From: Antedon mediterranea
Lineage: Eukaryota; Animalia; Echinodermata
DNA length: 64,000 bases
Assembly: GCF_964355755.1 (NCBI RefSeq)
Contig: NC_092671.1
Location: 13,578,001-13,642,000, forward strand
Direction: 5' to 3'
Below are positions 43,868 to 57,957 of the stretch, in pieces. A model generated the notes under the pieces. That model was not told where the DNA came from. It was given only the letters and a program-made list of their open reading frames with translations, and ran no database searches. The stretch's first letter is position 1; every line of letters begins with the position of its first letter. Made by a program: the position numbers and the translations under genes.

Positions 43868-46274
43868 ATGGATCAGTCATTGATTAGTCAACGAGAAGCT
43901 TTTCAAAAGAGAGCATTGGCTGTTCCTGTAATTGAAAAGAGAAAACCTAAAACAGAAACAAACTCACAACCTCCTAAAAAGAAAAGGAGACCTCTTCCAG
44001 GTAAGTCTTGCCTTGAATTAATTAAAGTCCTTAAAATGAGTTCATTGCTGAATCCTTCATGAGTATTTAATTCTTTCTCCACTTGACTGGCCCTTTTAAA
44101 TTGTTTATGAAATAGTTATATAATATTAATTTAAATATAATCTAATAATTGTTTTTATTTTTGTAGATTTTAAAAATGAGAAGGCAAACAAAAATCAAAT
44201 TGGAATCTTTAATAATAAAATGTTTCAAGGAACGTCAAAGAACAAATTTAGAATTTTAGCAAACATTGTCAACTTTATGAGAGATCGGTTTAAAAAGGGA
44301 GATAACTACAGTCTGACTGTAGATGAAATACTGGATGAGACGAACATGATGGATATTTCAACGGCTAATAAAGCCTGGTTGACAAATGATGTAAGGCTTT
44401 TTCCTTCAGCTCTGTCTACAAAACATGTGATGTACCCATATATGGACATGATGATGTCATATCACTACCATATTTGGGCACATCACTACCATATTTGAGC
44501 ATGTAATAATTTTTTTTTGGTCAAACTTTGATAGTAGACAGAGCTTTACATATCTACATTCTATTACTATTAGCTTATTTTTGTGTTCAATTCTACTTAT
44601 CTACTCTATGTTATCTTTATGTTTTCTCAACAATTTTCTTTGGTTCTTGCAGCTCAAACGAAGCTGTATTGAATGCATATGAAACCTGATAGGCCCCATA
44701 ACTGCTGTAACATCAAAAATTGAACAAGATATGGCCTGAGTTATTATAAAGTACACACTCTATATGTATACAAGGGAGCCTCAAACTCTTTTTCCTATCA
44801 ATCTTTTCAGCAATTTAACCCTCCTTTAAGAGTTTACACGCCACCTCTTCACCATAGCACATTTTCAATCAATATTCTAACTTCTTTTTCAGGCATTACC
44901 AAATAATCCTAAGATTGCAGCTGAAGATGGAAGATATAAATACAAACCAAAATTTAATATTCGAGGGAGGAAAGAATTACTACGACTTTTAGACAATTAC
45001 GATCAACATGGTAAAGGAGGGATCTTATTTGACGATGTAGTTGACAGCCTACCACATGCAGAGAAAAAAATAGAAGTGAGGCTGCCCTCTTTGTTGAACA
45101 TTATTATTTTAATGTACTTTGAATTTTAACAGTAAAGAAACTCAAAGCAGTAATGCTTAAAAAATAAAAGAAATATGAAACGTTAAAGACAAGAAATTAG
45201 AAAGTGAAAAAAGTAAAAGAGAAAAGCAACACAGGTACTTAACACCTGTAAAAAAAACATAAATAATTTCTTTTATCGCTATTAAATATTACTACAATTT
45301 TTTAACATAATTTTGATAAGTACAGTGACACAAACTATTAAAATAAAATTTATTCTGACTTTCAGGAATTAAAAGATCGGGTAATCATAGTTACACGGCC
45401 AATAGATAAGAAGAAAGTATTATTTTACAATGACAAAGGATGTCAGTTTACTGTTGAAGAAGGTACAGTATAGAAAAAAAAAGGGGGTGGAGTACTTTCA
45501 AGTCAAGAGGATAAGGCCAGAAGAGAAAACAGACATAAAACATGTGTGATATACAATCATCTGAAAAGGCATGTATTTGCCGAAATGCATACTAGAGGTT
45601 GTTTGCTTTATTGTGACTTGTTTTCTATTCCAGAATTCAGGAAACTTTGGCGAGGTGCAGCAGTGGATGCAATAGATGAAAACAAAATTGATGAATATCT
45701 AAAGAAGCAGGGAATCACGTCTATGCAAGATTCAGGTGTTAAGAAATTTGTAAGTAAATTGATTTTAAGATGCACCTTCACTAGCAGTGTAGTAAAGACA
45801 ATTCTCTAGTGTCGCTTGTGTATTACTTTATAATGAGTAATCCAGTCTCTTTGTTTTTATGATAAAATCTAAAGCTCTGTATACACCATATTTGGGCATA
45901 TCATTACCATATTTGGGCATATCATTACCATATTTGAACACATCACACTTTTTTTGTCAAACTAGTTTGATAGTGTAGACTGAAATTATGATATTAAATA
46001 GTATATTATGGTAACCAGAGTGACATTTGCAAAATGCTAACAATACACCGTTATTATTCACTTGGATTACTCAGCGCTCTCGTACCATCTAGTAAAAACA
46101 ATTTATATTAATTGGTGTATACTGTACATTTATACAGTGTATTTATTTACTTTACTTATATATTTTTAGACCCCAGTACAAAAGAGAAGAAAAGGTGGAA
46201 AGAGAAGAAATAAGCCACTATTGAATGAGCATGTGGCAGATCAGTTGAAAGACTATACAGAAGGAAACAATTGA
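43868..46274 (+). CDS. GTF2E2: General transcription factor IIE subunit 2 (TFIIE beta), about 285 aa, 6 coding exons
   Basis: Exons 43868-44000, 44167-44390, 44893-45075, 45366-45462, 45634-45749 and 46170-46274. Translation: [26 protein letters not shown]...[13 protein letters not shown]...[10 protein letters not shown]...ALPNNPKI...YKPKFNIR...KKVLFYND...EEFRKLWR...[15 protein letters not shown]...[11 protein letters not shown]. Confidence 0.97.
44408..44545. mobile_element. Harbinger MITE family A copy
   Basis: AGCTCTGTCTACA...TAGACAGAGCT with internal CACTACCATATTTG repeats. Confidence 0.75.
45873..45980. mobile_element. Harbinger MITE family A, deleted copy
   Basis: AGCTCTGTATACAC...CCATATTTGGGCATATCATTA repeats...AGTTTGATAGTGTAGAC. 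Confidence 0.7.
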
Positions 46275-47383
46275 CATTGATAATCTTGATCAACACATGA
46301 ACATATGCACTAATGATACACAATAGAACACAAATGCTGCTGGGCCATCATAATTCACAGTGGAATCTCCAAATCCATGGATTGCCTCTAGCCCTACTAG
46401 ATCTATGCCTGACACTTCAACTAAAATAAAAGCAATGAATGTGTGATATAGTATTACATAAAAAAACATCAAGAAGTTTATTGATATTTTTAAAGGCTTA
46501 ATTTCATGTATATTTTGTAAATACAGTAAAAGATGGAATACCTTGTTCTTTTTATCTTTATTTATTATTGCTTGTGTATGGTGATAATTTAAGTACCATT
46601 GCATCAGGGAGCGAGAGTCAGAGAAGTAAACATCTGACCAATCAATGATGTACCAATGACGATTGATTATTGCCCAATAAATCTGTAAACGTACAGACTG
46701 CTAATAAATAAAAAATAGACAATAAGATGCCGCGTTAAAAGGTTAAGAAAGTATTGCATCATTTTAGATGAATGAACTTGGCAATACTAGCCACTACCCA
46801 CATTTTAATTGGTTACTGGATGCTGTTGATAGACATTAACTTGTACCCAGTAAACTTACAATGTACCCATAAACAACAGATTAATTGTAGGTTCTATATT
46901 TCCCATCAATTGTTATGAATAGCCTGTACAAAATGACTAACCGTTTGTCAGACAGGGATGTGACGTATCGATACTCGGACAGGGAAATACCAAGGCGACC
47001 TTTGTTTGTTATTTGGATTTTCCTAAAAGCAAGTCATTAACTTATATTCAAGATAATCATTTATGTAGTACTTTACATGGTATTAGTAAATTACGTGAGA
47101 GAAACACTCAATTAAGCTAAAGAAGACTTTCTCCATTTAATCAGAATATTTTAAGAACGTCACATAAATGGGTTGGTATTTTAAAGGCTACATCACAATA
47201 ACTAGATTATTTCTATTGAGATCCAGCAACTGATTCGTACAGCATTGTCATTTTTAGTAATTTGCCATTATATTGATTATAATCTTTAAAATACATAATA
47301 ATTATTATTATTGAATGTATAGCGGTCAACATTAATTTACGTGCACTGGTTCGAGGTAAATGAGTAATAACTGTATTACGGTA

Positions 47384-47597
47384 TCGACACGTCATAAACG
47401 GATCAAGACACATCGTAAATGGATCGCGGAACGTCGTAAAGGGACCAGCGACACGTCATAAAATGACCTCGACACGTCCTAAACGGATCTCGACACATCA
47501 TAAACGGATAGCGCTACGTCTCAAAATGACCATCGACACGTCTAAAACAGACCTCTAAACGACCTCTACACGTCGTAAACGGATCTCGACAAGTCGT
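47384..47597. repeat. Degenerate 21-22 bp minisatellite (about 10 units, CGACACGTCATAAACGGATCT-like)
   Basis: Recurring cgacacgtc / aaacggatc motifs at about 21-bp spacing. Confidence 0.8.
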
Positions 47598-49023
47598 ATT
47601 AGCTCAGCGTCAACTAAATTCGAAAGAATGGTAGTTTCTCTTCTATCGATACCGATACCTTTTTGAGTATTGAACGTAAAATGTAACTCAAGACAAACCA
47701 AGTTACTTAGAATAAACATACAGTTTGATTAGCAATTGCCTAATCACGTTCATTGTTTTCGGTTTATTTTACATCACTTTGTATTGAGAAGGAAACAATT
47801 GGAAACAAGTGATCCATTATGTCGGCGACAAGGGAAGTATTCCAAATGGTGATATAGGAAATCAATTTCACAAGTGTACCAAATTTAACTTTCCAGAAAT
47901 GGTAATAAACTTGGCGGTTTCATATACAAGATTGTTCACGGAACACTACGTGTATGAAATTCTGAAATCGAAATTGAATGAGTATCTATGGCACACTGAT
48001 GCTTATCTCTAACGTGCGCACTTAAAGTTGGGAAAGTTCTGGAGATACCCCTTTTACAATATACTTTTGATTTAAGACTCAGTGAAGTTATAATGGAATA
48101 GAGACTAGAATAGTATAACATAGAATAATCAACATAATCATAGGGCTTATAGATATTATTATTTTCTATAATTTAAAATTGTTAGCTTATTTTGGTCTAT
48201 GTGAATTGTGTTATTGTGTTTTCGTAATCTTGTGTCACATCCGGGCCTTTTCAATGCTATTATTTCCCTTTGATTAATCGTTTAAAACAGTTTTCACAGG
48301 AACTGATGTTTCTAATTTCAAGTAAACCGTGATTAAATCGATAATTTAATTTTCTACCGGAATAAAAATAAAATGTTACTTTATATTTACTGCGTTAAAA
48401 CTATCTAGGTCTAGTACGGTAATATCCAGAAACACAAACCATTGTAGGCTACTTAAAACCGCTGTATCACAGGTCTGGTAATTAATCTCAAAGCAGTGTT
48501 CATTAATTCTGCCCGAGATATGCATGGCTGCAGTCACGTGCGCAAATTTGAGTTAGTGTTTCCCGACCGACCGACCGACATAGTGAGCTGTAGAGTCGCG
48601 TTTGCACGCGAGTAAAATATCGTGTACCGGTAGACATTTCATATAAACTTCAGATCTATCATTTATTTTATTCAATGTAAACACGCATTATAATGTATAA
48701 TGGTAATTTAATAGCATTAAATATCAATTTTCTCATTATATTTATTATGGAGCTGTTATTTGAAATTGTATTAGGTCTATAAACTAAAACAAAACGATAC
48801 ACTTCTGACAATCAAAATGTTATCTGTAATGAAACCTTGTGAAGTGGAAGTTCTTAAAACTTTGTTTAAAAAACACATCGAGTAAAAACGACGCACAAGA
48901 AAAAGAAGCTGGACTGTTCCAATTTTTAATTATCATAATTTTATAACAAAGAACTCATAAAACACAGAATAAACACTAATATAAGCCTGCGTTTTCTATA
49001 CATATAAATTATTATATTGCAAA

Positions 49024-51944
49024 TTATTTATCAAGAGTAAAATATTTAGGAAGACGATCATCGTCGCGACGTGCTTCAGGAATGTTTTCTCCAAGTGATT
49101 GGTACTCTGACGACGTCTCAGAAAAACATGCACCAACCACTTCTTTCTCTTCGTCAGATTTCTCCAGTAACTGATAATGATGCTGTTCCTTGTCTTTAGT
49201 CGTATTTAATTGAAAATAAACCGGTAATGGAGTTGTATTGGGAAGTGTGTCCGAATTGGACGCATTTGGAAGAGTTTCAGCTTGAGTTTGATCCGTTGGT
49301 ATCTTATCATTAATTTTCATATAGGTGTGTGAAGGATCTCGTTTGTTGTCATCTCCCTGCTGCAGCACTCTTTCTGGAAGGACTTCCTGCGCTTCAAAAT
49401 ATACACGTTCGCTTAAGTTTTCTTGTTGGCTTTTATCTTGATTTCTTTTTAGACCAGTGTATATTGTTGGTCGGTCAATACGATGTAGGCCGTGATTTGT
49501 GTTTTTAGCTCGCGCATTATGTCCATGGAAGCCACTGTAGACCGATGGTCTGTCCGTTTTGTAGAAGGCATAACCACTCGTAGGATCGACTACTTTTTCC
49601 ATGACGTCTGGAAGACTACAATGTGAAAGCCGGCTGTCCAACATTTCGTCGTCAACTTCAGCGTAACAAGCACCTGGTGGGACGGACGTGCGAAGGGTTG
49701 ACGCAGAAGTTGAAAAGAAACCTCCACGCAGACTATCTTTCCCGTCGTAAGCTTCATTCCCAACCATGGCAATTGAACCTAAATAGTATAGTAATATAAA
49801 TATAGTTGAATTAATTGTCAATGTAATTCCAATACTCCGCATCTATGAATTTAGGACAAACTTGTTTTTATTGTTACCATATTTTAAAATATTAATATCA
49901 CAACCTTGGTATTTAGAGGAGGTATACTTATTTGTTTTTTTTTCTACAGGTATCGACTTTCTTTGTCTGAAATAAAGTATTACAAAACTACACAATGGGA
50001 CTGGCTATACGTAGGCTTACAGCGACGGTACGTACAGCAATCGTAAATCTTTAGGTACAGGCCTACAACTTTGATGATTAACCGACATTAATAGACGGCA
50101 CCAAAAGTAAAATTAACCCGTTAGGTTCACTTACCGTCTTTTTCGTATCTTTTTTCATAACTTTCTATGATCTCTCTACGCATTCTCTCGTTCTTTGAAT
50201 AGCAGACGTAACACGTGATAGACGTTGCAATGACTACAATGCCGACAGCAAGAGCTCCTGTAATCATCCCGATTATAAAATCCTTACTAAAAACTCTATC
50301 TTCTTCATCATTCATTGTATTGTTTCTTGAAAGCTGGTTATTCTTTTTTAAATCTGGAACTACGTCAAAGAAATTAATGATTTTAAAAAATCTAATTATT
50401 AAATTACATAAAATCATAATTTGTCTGTTAGGGCCTACTACTCTACTGTTTTTCAAGATGATGATCGTAAATAATTATATAGACTTTATTTTAAAATCAA
50501 ACAACTCTGAGAATTGTACGATTGACTTTATAAATCAAATATTTCGTAACATTTTAATGCATTTTCAGAGACCATAAAATCGGAAGCCACGCCACACATC
50601 CTGTTTTTCGTTTCCTAAACCTTGTTAAACTATGGTAAAATTAAGATAACAACAAGAAGCCTTTGTTTACTTGATGTTAGTGGCTTTTCACTTGGTTGTG
50701 TGACGATACCGCTAAAACCTGTAGTTGGTCTTGCACTAGGAATGTCAGTGGTTATTGGTAGGCTTCTTGTTAGTCCTTTACCTGATGTAGATACTGGTAG
50801 GTGGTATGTTGTTGGGAGATTGGTTGATGTACTCTCTATAGTAGTACTACCTATGTTATTGTCTTGGGTCGTTTTCGGCGAACAAACGCATTTTGTACAC
50901 GTCTTCATCTTCTTCAGACAACACTTTTCGCAATCTTTCTCTAAAAAAAATTGCCATGAACGATGTTTTTTATTGTTGAATTTAGAATAAAGTTTTTTTT
51001 TAGTGAATTCATTCATAAGAGAAGTGTGTTGTTAATTATGTCTACTACAATAAAAGTAATTAATCCAAATGACATACCGTTACCCGAAGAACCACTTTTC
51101 TTTGGCGAATCACAGTTCCCTCCTCCTCTAACAAAATATAAGAACATTATTATCAATATAATAGCAATGCAGTTAAATTATGATTAAAAGCATTATTTTT
51201 ACAAAAATAAGTGGGCCTAACTAATTTGTGTTTAAAGGTCTAATATTTTAGTTTTTAATTCTAGCGATAATGTAGGCGTCACTGAACCTTAAATCCACAT
51301 TTAATTCGTCATAAAACATTTGCATTTCCTGTTATTGTAATGCGATCATATTATGTTTATTACAAACATGGAAGAAACATTTTTACTTCCATAACAAAGC
51401 AATATCATTAAAAAAAATCCATCAGCAATCACACATGCTTTTTCAAGAGTAAGACTAAATACAATACGTCTCGTTTTTCGGAACATAAAAGATGCAGTCT
51501 CTATATTATATGAATGGCCAATTATGTAGGCCTACTTTCCATACGACTCATTTGCGTCAGTGTATTGCAGAATGGATGGAGAGTACATATTGGAGAGACA
51601 CACCTTACCGGTGACAGCGTTTTATTTAATGCTTTTGTCTTTCCTCGGCCTCGTGTCTTGTATTTCATATATATATTTCTATGTTTTTTTTTGTAATTAT
51701 TATTTTATGTTTATTGCCGAAATGAATAAAATAAATAAATAAATAAATGAAACGTAATAAAAGTAATGTAAAAATATACTATTATCACAAGTAACTAATT
51801 ATAAATACCTAAAGCTATAAATACAAGAACGTCTACTTACTCACAAGTTGGTACCGATATAGGACCTGCCATACAAAATACATCAAGTGATAAACAGGTT
51901 ACAGCAATTATAACAAAACAAAATCCACATTTTGTTTTTGTCAT
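49024..51944 (-). CDS. Uncharacterised type-I membrane protein, about 465 aa: signal peptide, small Cys-rich domain, Ser/Thr mucin-like stalk, TM helix, Tyr-motif-rich cytoplasmic tail
   Basis: Exons 51841-51944, 51078-51127, 50671-50940, 50135-50353 and 49024-49778 join in frame with canonical GT-AG sites. Hydrophobic N-terminus; CEKCCLKKMKTCTKCVC; TM FIIGMITGALAVGIVVIATSITCYVCY. Confidence 0.8.
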
Positions 51945-54094
51945 TATTATTTACTACTACTTTTAACACACCGCCACAACCTGGTATCACGATTTAAACA
52001 CAAGAACTAATTCACTGTGTACATGTAATCTTCTTTTAAAGCATTTGCTGCTGCCAAACCACACAGCGGACTTCCGGTATAATATGCGCGTTTGTTATTG
52101 GCACTTGAAATACTTCATAAAAAAAGAGGTAATCATCAGCTTTAATCGTAGCAATCTTCAATCCGTGAAAAATACACGCAATTGTGTTTATAGCTCTGTA
52201 AGTGTTTGATGAATAGACAAAGATTAGTCATTATGTAGAATGCTTTGCGATAAACAGTTTTTTAAATATAATATTTAAAAAAACGTTCATTATTTTAAAC
52301 ACCACGTGTTAATTGATATCGAACCAGTCATACTGGTTATAACCCGGGGAGGTAGATACATACACATAATGCATAATTTACGTATTTGTTATGGCTAACA
52401 AAAAAAGGTAGTACAAATGATTGACAACATTGTTACACTAGATTAAATCTAACCATACCTCCATGATGATCTGACTATAAAACCCCAAAACAAGGATAGC
52501 TGGAGATCATTGTACTTAAAGATCAATGCAATAAATATATGTCGCCTACTGTAGGCCTACTCCATTTGTATTTCTGTATCATTATTAGGCCTACAAATGA
52601 TGATGATTTTATAAATACAAATTTAGATACAGAGATGAGAGATGTTCACGCTAACAATCACACCCATAAAGTACGTTAATGTGTAATATGTGTTATTATT
52701 AACATTACGTATGCGAAAACGTACCTGACCCGTCCTGACTGATCAAGATAAGCGTATCGGCACTGTCAAATTACTAGGAAATTAATATAGGCCTACAAAA
52801 AATAATACGCTTAAATATGATTATATTAAAATGAATATGCTAAAATATGATTACGTTAAGAAATTAATTTGCTAAAATTATGATCTATGTTAAGAAATGA
52901 ATTTGTTAAGAATATGAATGTGTTAAGAATACGTTAAGAAATGAATATATTAAGATATCAAGATTATTATATTTTAGTTATAAAAGAAAAAAAATCTGTC
53001 AAATTAGCACGGTACTCAGTGACGAATAGGCCTAAGCAATTCTACGTAAATGTAACAACCATTTTCCGAGAATTCTAGGTTCCTAATAATTCAGAACTAA
53101 AACAAATGTTTAGAACTGAAACATATAAAGTAGTCATAATTTGTTTGAAAGTGCAGTTTAAAAACAAAACAAGAACATTTACGCTGGAATTTGCAGTGTA
53201 GACCATAGACCTAGGTCCATCCGGGTACACCGAAGTCAAAAAAGTTAACTGCCCGATATTGGCGGCGAAACGCAAGCAAAGCATGAACACCCCGTAATGA
53301 CTTATTATTGCTAAAACATTACCTAGTGTTAGTATTAATTACAACATTAAATGCAATTGGACTAAGTGCAGAGTTTATTGACCGAAATAATGTTTTATTT
53401 CTCGATTACTTTACCGGGTTCTCATCGTCTACTTTAACCACAATCGAATCCTGTTTGGGTGTACATATTTCCTCTCAAACAAAATGGAGATACACGCAAC
53501 TTCCACAAAACAAATTAAACGTTTTTATAGAAAATGTAAGAGAACGTTTTATTCTAATACTGATTAAAAGTTCCATTATTTAATACAATATTTTACCTAC
53601 AATTTGCAGCCTTGAAATCTATTTTACAATTGATATAAAATTAATAGAAATCAATCAAACATGATTATGGTCCGAATTACTGTTTCTACATCATTTTATT
53701 TTTTCTTCCCAATCTTTATTATCGTTATACTTTAGAGAAGATATCAAAATCTTGCCACCCTGAAGAAACAGCTTCATATTCACAGATGGTCCTTATGACT
53801 GGGTGCTGCTTGTCGCCCTCTTTTTGCTCAATGCATGCATGTTTTTTTTAAAAACAGTTAAACATAACTTTTAATCTATTTTAACTATAGAAGATGTATC
53901 TTTATCAAATGAAAATACCGTAGATTTTAACATTTTTGCTTTGTTTTGTAAGCCAAAAAAAAAATATGACATGTTTGAACTTCCCATATTTTTCCCTTCC
54001 CGATAACATCCAACCTCATCCCAATATCCAACCAACCCCTTTTCATACTTAATACCCACATCACTCAATCCAATCCAACCACACTTCAGCTGTA

Positions 54095-56882
54095 CTACTT
54101 TTCAGCATCAGGTTTTATTTGAAATCTGACGGCGCTGTCTATAATATCAGGGATCCAATCACGTAAAAGAACCAAAGGTTTCATGGAGAAAGGAAAATAA
54201 ATTTCACGTTGTCTAGTAACCGTACCTTTGATGATTGCCAAAGCAGTGTCACTTGCAGATGTTTTAAATAAAAATTCAGTGTTTAAAACATCCTTGGAAA
54301 ATTCTACAGCGTTTGTTGTGTTAATACTCCCTGTTTAAAGGAAAAATAAGATGAATGCAATGATGTCATCATTTATGGTGTGTGACATCACAGTATTGAG
54401 GGCTAATGCTTAAATATACACATATACAAAGCATGCTTGTTGAGTTTGTGCACTCTTTGTGTTCATAACAGTGTACGATGTCCCGCATAACTCACTCATC
54501 CTATATATTATGCAAGTTCTGGGGTACATATTATTTTGAAACCTGAGCTGCACCGACGAGATCTAATAAGATTGAAACAGCACTGTCTGCAGATTGGATT
54601 ATATATACATATATAAGTTACATACCAATAATACATAATGTTATGGACACATCTTGTTCTTTAAAGATCAGTTCCTGCCGCAAAGCACCAAAAAAGCCAC
54701 CAAGAGCAAACTTGGAGGCACTGTAGGATGCCGAGTATGGTATGCCTACTTTTCCTGAAGAAAGAAAAAATGGAAAAAAAGAAAAAATTGAAAAAGGAAA
54801 AAAGGAAGGAAAGAAAGGAATAATCCAACATTATTGTTCCTGTAAAAATTCAGTATGATATTCATATCCTGGTATTAATAACTGCAAATTTAGAGTATAC
54901 TTACTATACAATAGTATAATATATTAGAATAATATCCTTAATAAATTTACAGTATTTACTATTTGTATCCTACTCAACGCATTCAACAGTATTATAGAGG
55001 GGGCTATTACAAAATTATTTTATCTCTATTAATAAATACTGGTTAAGAGAATTCTCATAATATAGATATGAAACAGTATCTACAGCAACTACGTTACCTG
55101 CAAAAGATGAAACCACTGCAATAGATCCATTACTAGCATCTAACATTGGTAACGCTTCTGTTGCAAGACTGACATATGCATTAAAATTTATGTTGATGAC
55201 ATCATTCAATCTCTCCATATCACCTTTCCATGTTGTCAAGTAGTTTGACGTTATATGGTTTAGTATGAGATAGTCTAGGCCACCAAACATATTTTTAGCT
55301 TCTTGTATAAGCTGTTTGGTGTGGTTCATATTTGCCATGTCGAGTGGGAGATAGAAGGCCTCTTCTGCGCCTAATTCTTTACACTTTGCTACGACCTATA
55401 AAGCAAAAAATATCTACCATAAAAAACCATGAAATAAAGTTATAATTATAAAACAACCTTTCACATACACATTTAGGAACGGTTAATTTGTCTATACAAT
55501 GTTACTTTTTACTTGAGTTCTATAGCTAATTACTTATTATTTCCTATATATATATTTACATATTAATATATATCCACAACCAACACAGACTGTTTTTTTA
55601 ATGGAAAAAGCATATTCCGGAAAAGACTTAAATCCAAGGTTTCAGCCAAAGGAATCAAGTCATTTATATAGAATCAACCAAGATAGCAAAAACCAGATGT
55701 GTTACCTTTTGTAGCACTGCCTCCCTCCGTGCAGTTACAATAATTTTAGCTCCGAATCGTGCATAATGGTAGGCGATCTGCTCACCAATACCAGTGCTTG
55801 CTCCTGTTATCACAACTCGTTTCCCCTTAACCGATTCTATATCGGTAGAAATAGAACACAGATTTTTTGGTGGTTATGCAAAATGGATAATGTATTGCAT
55901 CCACTTCAGTACTCAGGGTGACAAGTTGGAATAGTTGGTTCATGCATAATATTGCCTCACACGTTTTTAAAAAATGGACAATTGAAATGCTACAAAAATT
56001 ATCAGTATATATGCACGGCTTTGTTTATTACATTAAGAAGCAAATTGTACTGTATGCCTCACTTGTATTTGTTATGTACAGTACAGTAGAGTATGTCACA
56101 CCAGACACCTTTTTATTTACAATTTATGGGTGTATGGGCTGTTTTGCATCTTCTACTCATGTTTGCGGGTCTTTATTGTGACCAAAACCAATAAAGGGTG
56201 CTATAACATATCCAAAGTGAAGAAATAATTAAAAATTGTCATGCAATTTTTAAAAGTCGACAATAAATGGTTATTAATTCATACAAAATTACATATTTAA
56301 ACAGCAGCAGCAATTTCAATTTATTAGAAATATATTTTGTTTAATACAAAAAATTGACATTAAAATAAAAGGCCTAAATGAAAAAATACAACAGTCATTC
56401 AAAACTATCAATTTAATAATAGTTAATCCAAGTATACTGTGGGTATAGTGTAGCCTGGGGTATAGTGTAGCCTAGCTAGTCTAGCACATACCTACAATCT
56501 AGGGCCTGGCCTACCTATAGAAAGGTAGAGCTAGGCCTCTAGCTACTAGTACTACTCTAGACCAGTACTAGTAGAAGTGGCATAACTGTGGGCATAGACT
56601 AGTAGTGTTGCTAATACCACTACTTGGAAAGCTGGAGTGGTAAGGGGCCGGAGCCTATAGACTAGTAGGCTAAACTTTTTTTTCTCCTCTACCTCTCTCT
56701 ATAGGCTACGCCTCTAGCTAGCACCGATTGAGGAGTAGGCCTAGGCCTAGCCTAGGGGTATAGCCTACTGGCAGATTATTTGCACATTTCTACAAACCTT
56801 CATCAAATCCATCATACATAAAATAGGCAACTGCAACCATTAAACAAAGTACATACAACACATTCTTGGTAAGGAACGCCAT
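54095..56882 (-). CDS. HSD11B1L: Hydroxysteroid 11-beta-dehydrogenase 1-like short-chain dehydrogenase/reductase, about 292 aa, 5 exons
   Basis: Exons 56798-56882, 55706-55836, 55098-55395, 54626-54754 and 54095-54330. N-terminal membrane anchor, GKRVVITGASTGIGEQIAYHYAR, GGLDYLILNHI, GSIAVVSSFAG, catalytic YSASK and DVSITLCIIG. Confidence 0.92.
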
Positions 56883-57957
56883 AGCTATATTATTGACCTT
56901 GACCACCTAATAAACTACATGAATGAATGAATAGCATTTCATAACTAAACACATGCTGTGTGTTCGATTCAGTCGGTCACATGACTTTATATCCAGGGAC
57001 GTGTGTTACGTAACTACGGTATTTATTTCACATTACGTAATCGGAATGCGTATGGGCAGTGAAGAGGCCCACTTTTTGACTCCGGACTACAGTATAAAAA
57101 AGACAAGCTTTTTGTACAGATATTCAATCATGTTTTTAAAGAATAAAAGATGCTATATTTTCCCCAATTTTGTATCTGACAACCACCATAGTCGATAAGT
57201 GACAAAGTATGCAACCACAGATAAAAAAAGAATTGTACAAATAAAGTGATAGAATTTGCTCTTTTCTTTAATGATCCACTGAAAGTAATGTGAAATGTAA
57301 ACTAAACGATCTTCATCAAATTCATATATTAATTGAATAATTTTGCTCATTATATTATATAATTGAAAAAACTATTTATAAATGCACAGTTATTCCGAAT
57401 CAATGTTTTTTTCAAATCTGCTACATATTTCAAGAATTTATTCTTAAAATCCATTTAGAAATTATTATAAAACAATCTTTATCGAATTTTAATCTATCAA
57501 TCACGTCTTGTATTAAGACATAATGTACATAATTGTTAATAAATATATAATCCAACATATATACATCACATTAATATAGCAGAGATGTCAACTAAAAGTA
57601 ATATTCATCCCCCTTTGCTGCTACAATTAACATATCTAGCTCCCTCTATAATTACCATATAATTACCACATCTAGCAATCTGCAGTTGTTAACGTGAGTA
57701 GGTTATAATGTTTATATCTCCCTCTGGTTTAATGTTGAGCTTTGTATTACTAACAAATAGGAAGCGATTAATATATTTCATTTATTGATAAATGCTGGTA
57801 GATGTTGGAACATTTCGTACCATTGAATTAAAAACAGAATTTAATTATGCTAAGTTTGTACTACATAAACATTATTTGGATAAAGAGCTATAAAAAGTTT
57901 AGGATGATATGATTGTCTTGACCAACTCTGTTCTTAATCTCCAGTTGAGTCTCTAAA

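Noticed and set aside
50215-50990. Plus-strand ORFs of 120 and 122 aa
   Set aside because: Antisense shadows of the minus-strand membrane-protein exons.
52810-52960. AT-rich TTAAGAAATGAAT-like repeats
   Set aside because: Degenerate low-complexity minisatellite with no evident further structure.
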